Positions 50,365 through 60,689 of a stretch of DNA of 64,000 bases are shown here, in pieces. The notes beneath the pieces were generated by a model. That model did no database searches. It was not told the DNA's origin and worked only from the letters and a program-made list of their open reading frames with translations. The DNA is from Callorhinchus milii (lineage: Eukaryota). A program made the position numbers and the translations under genes. Every line of letters begins with the position of its first letter. Within the stretch, counting starts at the first letter, position 1. The stretch covers positions 52,516,001-52,580,000 of the forward strand of contig NW_024704742.1 of NCBI RefSeq assembly GCF_018977255.1, in the 5' to 3' direction.

Positions 50365-53300
50365 TGAAACAAGATAACACCAATTCTGTCAGACTTTTAG
50401 GGGCATCCTATCCGTACCCAACACCTATTGTTGGAAGTAAAACTTACTGATACTGGCAAGTAACCACTTGTGGCCCCTGGCTCTCTGTTCTCTGTATCTG
50501 CTTAAGTGCATTAGTGATGTTGAATATTGGCTGTCTGGCTTGCAGTTCGGACTAATAGCTATTTCATCAACTCACGTTTCTCCCAGGTCACATCAGTGTG
50601 ACCTCTGGTATCTTGATGGGTAGATATGTGAGTGAAAGGGCCTGTTTGACCCAGATATTAACTCTGATGCCTACCAGGTTCATGTGCAGTATTTTGTATC
50701 AAGAGACCATCCATTTAAAAGGGCTGCCATTACCCACTGAGCCCTTAGAGAAAAACTATGACCAAGTATTCCTAAAGAGCTGCAGGTTCACAATCTTCAC
50801 AATGACAGACTCAAAGCAACCGGCTATTTTCATAAGCCATTAAGAATAATCATAGCATTCGATATAATGTCATAATCAAAACCTCTCAAAATGCTTCACA
50901 GGATTTTTTCCCTGAAGTATAGCGACTGTCAGTTTTGTAGGTGAACAGATACTCATTCCATGCCTGTGTATGCTCTCTTGTTACCAAGGGCACTCAGTGA
51001 TCATTATAATCTCTATCTTGGTTATTTGTACACTCACATCACAAACTCTGTCTTTGCTTCTCTGCTCACACTCAATTTCTTTCTTTTTACTCATTCATTC
51101 ACTATTCATCTACTCATCCACTCTTCTGATTTTCTAATTTTTGGGGGGTTAGATTTTCAATGGGCCAAATGTTTTCCTTCTATGCTGTAAAGATTGACAG
51201 AATAGAAGAAAGCCCTTTGTGTTTGTTCTGGCCTCTTTGAAAGATTTATTAATTGAGACCCATTCTCCTGTTTTTTCCATCATCAGCAGGTGGGTTATCA
51301 GCCATTCAGCCCATTTTCTCAAACTCCATCCCTGAGTCCCTCCAACTCGTTCCATCCTTCGCCTCGTTCAAGATCTATCTCAAGAGGTACCACTTTGATT
51401 GTGCTTTCAGTCATCTTTCCCACCTCCTTCTGCTTCCACCCCCACTCAGGTGCCCAGTCAGCTGTGTGAAGCGGTTTGAGTCATCCTACATATAAAGCGC
51501 TATATAAATTTAAATTGTATTTTGGTTCCCATATCCTTTTACATTCAACCTTTTTCTGCCTCACTCACATCTGCAGTTTCACTTCCAACAGATTTGGTTG
51601 ACCATAATAGAAAATAATGTACAGAAATGCACATACTTGAGCATGTAAATGTATGGAGCATTTTATACAGACGTTTGTAGTTAGGCAACAACTCTGGAAG
51701 GCAATGTTGAAATTGTTGATATTCCATTGGTATTAAATTTAATTTCAGCAACATTTAACATTTTGAAATGCTGCACATTACCCAAAGAGATGTCAGAATT
51801 TTAATGAAACATTGATGACCCAGTGGAGATCAAGAAAGAATTAGAATCAGTGATTCCATGGTGACCTCAGCGCAATACAGAAACCTAGAAAATGAAGATA
51901 TTTTGGAAAAAAAACTCAACTTAAAGGTCACCATTTCTATTTTGATGTAATATTTCTGTTGAATTACTGAGCTCTAATGACACAAAACACTTTCTGTAAT
52001 AGTATATGGTTAATGAAGCATGACTCGAAAAAAATTCAGTCAGATCAGAGCATTTGTACTGTATTGAATTACTCCAAACAATCAACACTGAAGAGAAAAG
52101 TTGGGGGATGGAAGTTACTAAAGAATCGCCTCAACACCCTGTGAGTATTCGACTCAAGGTGAAAGGTTCCTTCTATCATCCTTTATTTCAATAATGGCTA
52201 GAACAATCACAATCCAAAGAGAATAAATACTAAACTTTTATTCATTTAACACTTTAGTTTTATGGAATTAAGAGTCTCACCATCTCTCAAACAAAATATA
52301 CAGTCAATTCACTTTACAATATATTCTGTGAAACACTTTAAGATGTCTCAATGACGTGATAAACTGCTATATCAATTAAAAATTTATCTGTTATAAAGAA
52401 TTATCTTTAACATAATTTCATCAGTCGTGAGGAAAGTGGTCATATTTGTAGTACTGCCAGCCCAACGTAGATATCATCCTAGTTATACAGCCAGATTGTA
52501 GCATCAAGCCATTTAAAAGTAGTTTCATCTCTGTGGGCACTTACCAATTATTTTCCATTTTACATGACACAGTAGGATCAGAACCACTCTTATAATTTTT
52601 AATTGACGTGTACTAAAACTGGCATTGTTGTTTTAAGAATGAAGCTTATTATCTGATAATGGCAAAGATATATGAAATATATGTTAAGTTAATCTCTTAA
52701 ATTATTTCCTTATGAGAAAACAGTTTGTCTCAAATCACAGCTGCCTGTATTATCCTTGCTTTATTAATTACACAATGCATTCAGTGTAATTCCTTGCATA
52801 GGTAGGTAACAAAATAAATACACAGATAAAAAGCAGTTGATTATAGAAAACTAATGAAATGTAATCCTTGCTGGATCTATTAGCTGCATGCAATGGAACG
52901 CAGAAATAATATAGCATTACTACTTTGATTTGGCAGGGGGAGCTCCAATACCACAATAAACTAACATTTGCAGCCAAACTACAACTACATTATTTGCAAC
53001 ACTTATCAGGATTTACCATCACATGTAAGACTGAACAGCCAAGAGGTTTTAGAATGCTTTCATTTAATCAATTCCACTTCACAATATCCAAGCTACATCA
53101 AGCAGATAATAAGGATAGAGTTTTGTACTGCAGGGCCATTTGCTTTATAATATGTACGTCCCAAACTCCCTTGACTGACTGAATCTGACTTACAAATCCA
53201 TTAATTGGGAAAACATTTCAAGCTCAGTGGAAAGTGATCGGAAAATTACTCTACTTCACAAAGTGGATCTTATAATACTGAACATAGATACAAAAGCTCA

Positions 53301-53369
53301 CTCACCTTTGTTTATGAGATGAATAAATCCAGTGAACACCTGAAGATTGTGCCATCCAGGTGGCTGTAA

Positions 53370-54160
53370 ATATTCCAACTGAACGCCAGCAAGACCGAGG
53401 CTCTCCTGATTGGCTCGCGCCAGCGCCTCCGCACCTTGGGCGCTGGCAGCATCAGCCTCTACGGCTGCACACACAATTTCACTAAGCCAGTCAGGAACCT
53501 GGGTGTCTTGTTTGACGCTGAACTGTCCTTTAACTTCCACATGCATGCCATGACCGGCACTGCCTACCACCACCACCCCAACATGGCCAGACTCCACTAC
53601 AGCCTTACCCCTTAGACTGCCGAAACCCTCACCCACGCATTCGTCACATCAAGGCTCGTGTACTCTCGCGCACCAGGCTCCGTGACTCCATCATTCCCCC
53701 CCTCGCCCGACTCCTCTGGCTCCCCATCCCTCAGAGGATTGAATTCAAGATCTTTGTCCTCACTTTCAAGGCCATCCATGGCCTTGCCCCCTCCTACCTC
53801 TCTGACCTGCTGACTCCTTTCCAACCTCCCCTCTACCTCCGTTGAGCGGGCTCCGGCCTGCTCCATGTCTTCCGCCCAACTCGCCCTACCATCGGTGGCC
53901 GGGCTTTCAGCCTCTCTGCCCCCACACTCTGGAACTCCATCCCAGTCCCTTCGCCTCGCTTCCTCCCTTGCCTCCTTCAAGACCGGTCTCAAGACCCTCC
54001 TCTTCAATCGTGTTTTTGGCCTCCCTCCCACCTCTCTGCCTTCCCTCACCCCTACCCCACCCCTTCCCCATGCTCGGGTCCTGACTCCTGACTGTCCAGC
54101 GCCTTGGGACATCCTCCCGACGTGAAAGGCGCTCTATAAATGTCATTTTGTTGTTGTTGT
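53370..54160 (+). mobile_element. L2 LINE 3' fragment
   Basis: ttccaactgaacgccagcaagaccgaggc..ctctggaactccatccc..ttcaagaccggtctcaagaccctcctcttc with a (TTG)n tail; close to 5755-6164. Confidence 0.92.
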
Positions 54161-54735
54161 TACTGTTGTGCCATTTGAATGCACGTTCTCTGGCAGATGC
54201 AACCAGTTACATGATCCTCATTTAAGGTCCTGCACTAATTAGAATTTGCAGTGTTTGGCAACCGATTGTGGTCTGGGTGACTGATTTTAAGTCTCGAACA
54301 AGCTGAATTAGGTAGTCATTGTTTTAGTGAGTCAAATGTGGGTGCCCACTGTTGTTACTTTATTATTACATTTCAACAGTATCCATGTACACTGGCAAGT
54401 ATTCTGGCCTTATCTTTATCTGGTTAAAACTAAATTGTGAGAAATAGGTTGTAGCATTTTCTGGATTCAGACCTCTTTATAGAACCATAGAACCAAAGAG
54501 GTGCTGTCTGTTTTACCGTGTTTTGCAAATTTTTGTCTACGCATAGCCAGAGTGATCATGATCCATGAAACTCACAGGACAATTAAAGTATTAGCCATTG
54601 AATTCAGTTGGACTTAACACCGAATAAATATTTTAGGAAATCATTTAAGAATGTGGAAACAGGAAGAGACCATTCAACAACAAAAACAACAACAACTTGC
54701 ACTTATATAGCACCCTCCATGCAGGGTAGCTTTGC

Positions 54736-55008
54736 TGTCACTCGCTGTCGAAATGATATTAACACAGAATGAAGTGCAGTCATCCCATTTAACTTTAGAA
54801 CCATTTGCAATTAGTTTGGATGAAATTACCCAAGTGTTCATGTTGTGGATGACATCAATAGGGCAAGCATGGGATTTTCTTATTAACAAAGGCTGGAGTG
54901 GTCTGACATTGGAGTTTGCCAAAAGTTATGCCTGAGCATTAGAGGCAAGTCCCTAATAGCCAAAAGATGTAGGATTTCCCCCTATTTCTGTGTCATGATC
55001 CTTAATTT
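54736..55008 (-). repeat. Right copy of the ~265-bp inverted repeat
   Basis: Reverse-complement match to 50097-50364. Confidence 0.9.
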
Positions 55009-55014
55009 GAGAGG

Positions 55015-55532
55015 TTTAGCAGTTCAGATCCGCAGGAGTGAAGACGTTGACAGGGACCAAGGAGTATGGCTTCCGTCTTGTCCACATTCAGCTGCAGGAA
55101 GTTTGCACTCATCCAGGCCTTGATATCTGCCAGACAAGCTGATCAGCAGTCCGGGAGTTGGTACTGGAGGAGGCAAAGTAGATTTGTGTGTCATTAGCAT
55201 ACATGTGGAAATTTACCGTGTTTGCGAATGACATCGCCCAGAGGGAGCATATAAATAAGGAAAAGAACAGGGACAAGGATGGAGTCCTGGGGTACCAGGG
55301 GTGGGAGGAGAAACCATTTGCCAAGGTGAAATGGAGGCGGTTGGTTAAGTAGGACTTGAACCATGCGAGTGCAGTCCCACTAAGGTGGATGAGGGAGGAG
55401 AGGCGGTGGAGGAAGATGGTGTGGTCAATTGTGTCGAACGCGGTAGAAAGATCGAGGAGGACGAAGAGGAAGAGGGAGCCCTGGTCACAGAGAGAGGTGT
55501 GACTTTGACAAGCGCTGTCTCTGCGCTGAGGG
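55015..55532 (-). mobile_element. L2 LINE RT-domain fragment
   Basis: SAETALVKV, VLLDLSTAFDTIDHTIFLHRL, GTALAWFKSYLTNR, FHMYANDTQIY. Confidence 0.92.
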
Positions 55533-55646
55533 CTGACACACACACCACACACACACCCACACACACACACACAGGCTGACACACACACCACACACACACA
55601 GGCTGACACACCACACACACCACACACACAGAGGCTGACACACACA

Positions 55647-55687
<41 letters not shown>

Positions 55688-55852
55688 CTGACACACACAC
55701 CACACACACACACACAAGCTGACACACACACCACACACATACACACACAGAGGCTGACACACCACACACACACACCACACACAGGGTGACACACACACAC
55801 ACCACACACACACAGAGGCTGACACACCACACACACACACACACACAGGCTG

Positions 55853-55884
<32 letters not shown>

Positions 55885-55992
55885 GGCTGACACACACACC
55901 ACACACACAGGGTGACACACACACACACCACACACACACAGGCTGACACACCACACACACACACACACACAGAGGCTGACACACACACACAC
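55531..55992. repeat. CA-rich interrupted microsatellite/minisatellite
   Basis: (CA)n tracts punctuated by (AG)AGGCTGA/GGGTGA spacers. Confidence 0.97.
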
Positions 55993-56003
55993 ATCTCCTG
56001 GTG

Positions 56004-56224
56004 ATGATGGCGGGCGGTGCCGGTGGCGGTGTCGGTGTCCTGGCGGTGTTATGGCTGATGTTGTCCTCGCTGTTTGCTGTGGCTCTGCTCCTGCACCGCT
56101 GGGTGTCCCGGGGCCGGGGCCGGGGCCTCGCTGCCGTCTTGTTTCAGGATATGATGTTCTATGGGAAAAGCAGAGGATCCCTGGAGCGGCCGCCGTGGCT
56201 CCAGCGCCTGGACCTTCCCAAAAG
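56004..56224 (+). CDS. SRD5A3: SRD5A3 coding exon 1 (polyprenol/polyprenal reductase, steroid 5-alpha-reductase family)
   Basis: Translates MMAGGAGGGVGVLAVLWLMLSSLFAVALLL...LFQDMMFYGKS...LDLPK(R), matching the SRD5A3 FQD..xYGK...PKR N-terminal motif. GC/CpG-rich. Donor AG|GTAAAC at 56225, phase 2. ATG 56007 is an alternative start. Confidence 0.93.
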
Positions 56225-56287
56225 GTAAACAGCGAAAGCCTCCGGTAAAGGGGAGCGCCCGAGAGGCCGCCCTGAACCCCGGCATCT

Positions 56288-56622
56288 CCCCCCCACAGGG
56301 CTCCGGCCTCCCCCCCCCACAGGGCTCCGGCCTCCCCCCCCCACAGGGCTCCGGCCTCCCCCCCCACAGGGCTCCGGCCTCCCCCCCCACAGGGCTCCGG
56401 CCTCCCCCCCCACAGGGCTCCGGCCTCCCCCCCCACAGGGCTCCGGCCTCCCCCCCCCACAGGGCTCCGGCCTCCCCCCCCCACAGGGCTCCGGCCTCCC
56501 CCCCCACAGGGCTCCGGCCTCCCCCCCCACAGGGCTCCCCCCCCCCCACAGGGCTCCGGCCTCCCCCCCCCCACAGGGCTCCGGCCCCCCCCCCCCACAG
56601 GGCTCCGGCCTCCCCCCCCCCC
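56288..56622. repeat. C-rich minisatellite, unit C(6-10)ACAGGGCTCCGGCCT, ~14 copies
   Basis: Direct tandem repeats at the start of SRD5A3 intron 1. Confidence 0.97.
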
Positions 56623-56996
56623 TCTGGAACTCCATCCCGCAGCCCCTCCGCCTCCCCACTCCCCCCTCACCATCTTCTAGACCCATTTCTAGACCCTCCT
56701 CTTCGACTGTGCTTTCCATCTCCCCCCCACCCTGACCCCTACCCTGACCCCCCCCACCCTGACCCCTACCCTGACCCCTACCCTGACCCACCACCCTGAC
56801 CCCCCCCCCACCCTGACCCCTACCCTGACCCACCACCCTGACCCCCCCCCCCACCCTGACCCCTACCCTGACCCACCACCCTGACCACCCCCCCACCCTG
56901 ACCCCCAGCTCGGGCCCGAAACACTGACTGTCCAGTGCCTTGGGGACGTGCTCCCGACCCCAAAGGCGCTTGACAAATTGTCATGTTGTTGTTGTT
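56622..56996 (+). mobile_element. L2 3' end with internal CCCTGA/CCCTA-type tandem expansion (56730-56905)
   Basis: ctctggaactccatccc..agaccctcctcttcgactgtgc, then the repeat array, then cccagctcggg..ctgtccagtgccttgggg..aaggcgct..(TTG)n. Confidence 0.85.
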
Positions 56997-57074
56997 CATC
57001 TGCTCCCAACGCCCTGTCCAGGGCCCCAGGCACCGCTTCCCGGAGAGACAGCGATTCCCCTGTAGTTCCACTCT

Positions 57075-57355
57075 CCTGGCGCACTGTACTCACTGCTCGC
57101 AATGTGGTCTTCTTTACATCGGGGAGACCAACACACAGAGAAGGTGATCGCTTTGTTCAACACCTCCGTTCCATCCGCAAGTGCAACCCTGAGCTTCCGG
57201 TGGCTTTAATTCTCCTTCCCAATCCCACTCCGAACTCTCAGTCCATGGCCTCCTACGCCGTTCCAACGAAGCACAACGCAAGCTCGAGGAACTGCACTTC
57301 AACCAGCACTTTATCTACGTACCTTACATCCCACTGGCCTCAACATTAATTTTAA
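57075..57355 (+). mobile_element. Penelope-like element GIY-YIG endonuclease relic
   Basis: Across frameshifts it reads CSQCGL.YIGET..GDRFVQHLRSIRK.NPELPVA..FNSPS.SHSELSVHGL...NEAQRKLEE..GLNINF. Confidence 0.8.
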
Positions 57356-59197
57356 TCTCTTCAGACCTTAAACGTAGCTCCCATCTTCTCTCAGCCCTGA
57401 CTCCCCCCCCCCCCCGCCCCCCTCCCGCTCTTCTATATCCATTCACACATCCTCTGGGTCTCAGACACGTTTTCTTTTTATAATTTCCCACTATTGGTGA
57501 CATCATCCGCAGACATGGGGTCAACTTCCACATGTACGGGGGTGACACCCAACTCTATCTTTCTGCCTCCACCATCAACTCCAGGACCACTGCTGTCCTG
57601 ACAGACTGCCTGCTTTTCTGTCTTTCTTTCGTTCTCCAGGAAATCCTAACAATAATAACCCTTGCATTTGACATAGCGCCTTATCACATCATCGATACAT
57701 CTCAAAGCGCTTCACATGATATACAGTAAAGTGGAGTAACTGTGTTTTGTGGGTGAATCTGTGATTGAAGTTCGGGAATGAAGAGAAATGCCACTTTCCA
57801 CTCCTATCAGAGCAAACTGGTCTATTTCTAGCTCTATTTCTAACAATCCTTAATAACAATAATATATCATAATCCTTGTAAAGATTACATAATAATCCTG
57901 ACCAAAAAAAATAACAATTTGGTCACTCAATCCGTGACTGTGGGATACTGCTGTGCGAAATTGGTTGCCACATTTTGCCCACAAAATATGCAATCAATTC
58001 ACTTTACAGTATATTGTGTGAAGCATTTTGAGGCATCTCAAAAACGTGATAAGGCGCTATATCAAATGCAAGGATTATTATATATTTGTGGGACACTATT
58101 ATGGCAATCGTTAACATTACATAGCACAACAACAACGTGCACTTATATAGAGCTCTCTATGCAGGGTAATGTCTCAGAGTGCTACGTTAATGATATTAAC
58201 ATCTACCTGAGGTCAGCAGACAGGTAGACCCAGGTTAGCTTCTTATCAGAAGGAATAGTAGCTCTGACAATAGGCCACATCCTAATGCTGCACTGGAGTG
58301 TCAGCTTAGACTATGAGCTCTGTCATGACATGAGATTTGAACCTTCAAACTTGGAATTCAGAGACAAGAGTCCTACCAACTAAAGCAAGCTATAATAATA
58401 ATACTCCTTGCATTTGATATAGTGCCTTATCACGTCTTCAAGACATCTCAAAGCTGACGCCTTGTGACTCTTATAGAGCATATTATCTACTACTCAGTGG
58501 AAGTGAGCCCTATTGTACAGCTTACACTGACCCAATATGTCCAAAAGAATCCTGGAGAAAGTGCACCAGCTTCTGGCCCTTGACACGCTGAACCAATGGA
58601 TCTATTTACAATAATAATAAATAATACTTGCATTTGATATAGTTCCTTATCATGATGTCAAGACACCTCAAAGCACTTCACAGGATATACTGTAAAGTAG
58701 ATTGACTGTATATTTTGTTATTAACCATTGTGTGTTGTATCAGTTGCAGTTATCTAGCAGGGAAAGGTTAAGCAAGAGATCCTGATTTACCTCAGGACCA
58801 TTATCTCACTTCTCCATTGACTATGATATTTACAGTTTTAATCGCCCTTTCTCTTATTTTAAGTTAAACGAACAAGACCTCTAGTTTTATTGCATACATT
58901 CACCCCTCTGATTTTCATTTTCACTGTGTTGAAATCAGACACATCAACACATTTGACAAAAATTAGGGCACATTGATAAGATCATAGTATAATAAACTTT
59001 ACTCCCGATCTTGCTTCTGGTGGACTTGATCTGGAACAACAACAACAAACTTACATTTGTATAGATGTATACAAATAAATCTGGACAATCAGTGTTTCAG
59101 ACCCGAGCTGGAGGTCAGGATCGGCAAGTATAAAAGTATTCTCTTAAACGTGATTACAGTAAATGACTAGCTTTGACTCTTGCTTTTCTCTGTGCAG

Positions 59198-59349
59198 ATG
59201 GTTCATTCATTTCTATGTGGTTTCGGTGACCTGGAACGGTCTCCTTCTTGCAATTCTTTGCCAGAACCTATTTTGGGGTCAACCTTTCCCGATGTGGCTC
59301 CAAAGGCTGCTCAGTTTTGTTTCTGGAAGTCAATTACACATGACGCCTG
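59198..59349 (+). CDS. SRD5A3: SRD5A3 coding exon 2
   Basis: Polypyrimidine tract plus tgcag| acceptor ending 59197. Translates (R)WFIHFYVVSVTWNGLLL...PFPMWLQRLL..., resembling human YFSHFY..SVLWNG. The 3' end is placed at a CTG|GCAAGT GC donor (phase 1, as exon 3 requires). Confidence 0.9.
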
Positions 59350-59618
59350 GCAAGTATTAAAATCCTTTGTTTTTAATTTAAAAAATGGTATTTAATTGTG
59401 AGTCTGTTTTTAAATAGGTCAGTGTATGGAATGCGCTGACTAGAATGGTAATCTCACAGAGCTGCTTGCTCCCTTTGGAAATAAGAGCCCCTGTTCTTTC
59501 ATATGTAAAGTAAAAACAATTCAATCCCAAGGAAGCTGAATGTAGCAAGTGCATGAAGTGACATTGGTGAAAACCGGATGACTTGGAAGCTGGCTACCAT
59601 GTCTTCCCATTCTCAGTT

Positions 59619-60010
59619 GTGGAGTCCTGTAGCTCAGTGGTTAGAGCACTCACCTTGCAAGCGAGAGACCTTGGTTCGATTCCCAGCAGGGCGAAATGTT
59701 GGGCAATTTTCTTTACTCCACACGCCTCTGTTTACCTAGCAGTAAGTAGGAACCTAGTTGTTAGTCAATTGGCGGATTGCTTTTCCGGGGGTAATAATTC
59801 CTTCAAAATTTCTTAAGAAAATAATAATATATTGGTCACTCAATCCACGACTGTTTGTGGGACACTGATGTGCGCAATTGGCTGCCGCGTTTCACTGACA
59901 AATATAGTCAATCCACTTTACAGCATATTCTGTGAAGCGCTTTGAGACGTCTCGAAGACGTGACGAGGCGCTACATCAAATGCAAGGATTATTATATTAT
60001 TATTATTATT
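59619..60010 (+). mobile_element. tRNA-derived SINE, long subfamily, full length (SRD5A3 intron 2)
   Basis: Intact head with A/B boxes, internal segment and (ATT)n tail. Confidence 0.92.
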
Positions 60011-60037
60011 CACCAGCTATGTTTTGAAGTACGAATA

Positions 60038-60315
60038 GAGACCTGAGTTCAATTCCAGGCAGGGCGAAACCTTGGACAAGTTTCCTTACTCCACACGCCT
60101 AATAATAATCCCTCCAAAAAACCAAAAACAATAATAAAATTGGTCATTTTCAATCTACGACTGTTTGTGGGACATTGCTGTGCGCAATTGACTGCTGCGT
60201 TCGCCCACAAATATATAGTCAATTCACTTTACAGTGTGTTCTGTGAAGCGCTTTGGGACGTCCTCCCGACGTGAAAAGCGCTATATCAAATGCAAGGATT
60301 ATTATTATTATTATT
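60038..60315 (+). mobile_element. tRNA-derived SINE, short subfamily, 5'-truncated (SRD5A3 intron 2)
   Basis: gagacctgagttcaattccaggcagggcg through to the tail. Confidence 0.92.
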
Positions 60316-60497
60316 TATGTGAATGCAGAAGTGGTGAGCGCCTGTCGTGCTCAATTCAAGCATTGGTTGGAATTTTGTAACTCCAACTACTACATTAGAA
60401 CAGAGTTGCACTGTATTACGAATTATGCGTAGTGATCATAGATCTTGGTGCAGTTTAACACAAATGCTTTTGTAATATTTTCTTTTACACTTTTCAG

Positions 60498-60689
60498 GAG
60501 ATGAGCTGTCTGTTCTACTGGTTCACATGTTGCTTTGGATACATTCTATTCGACGTCTCACAGAATGCCTTTTCATCTCTGTGTTTTCCAATGTAGTCAT
60601 TCATCCTGTACAATTCATTTGGGGTTTAACTTATTATGTGCTTGTTGGTTTAACGTTGCATTGTGAGGGACCCCCTCTAGGAACCAAGG
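60498..60689 (+). CDS. SRD5A3: SRD5A3 coding exon 3
   Basis: ttttcag| acceptor. Translates (G)[52 protein letters not shown]... (HSxRRLxEC motif). Donor AGG|GTAAGC at 60690, phase 1. Confidence 0.95.

Noticed and set aside
1..55000. KDR or other coding exons in the upstream 55 kb
   Set aside because: No Ig-domain, kinase or signal-peptide exon was recognisable. KDR adjacency is inferred from synteny only.
55531..56622. CRISPR-like repeat/spacer appearance of the arrays
   Set aside because: The context is eukaryotic, the 'spacers' are low-complexity CA or C runs rather than unique sequence, and there are no cas genes.
55109..56896. Long ORFs (293, 442, 245 and 212 aa) rich in Cys/Val, Gly or Pro
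   Set aside because: They are translations of the CA array and the C-rich minisatellites, stop-free only because of low complexity, and they overlap SRD5A3 exon 1 antisense or its intron.
59354..59359. GT donor (AA|GTATTA) for SRD5A3 exon 2
   Set aside because: It is phase 2, incompatible with either phase-1 acceptor of exon 3.
48..60315. Recurring short ORFs such as [36 protein letters not shown]
   Set aside because: They are conceptual translations of the multicopy SINE body, not a gene family.
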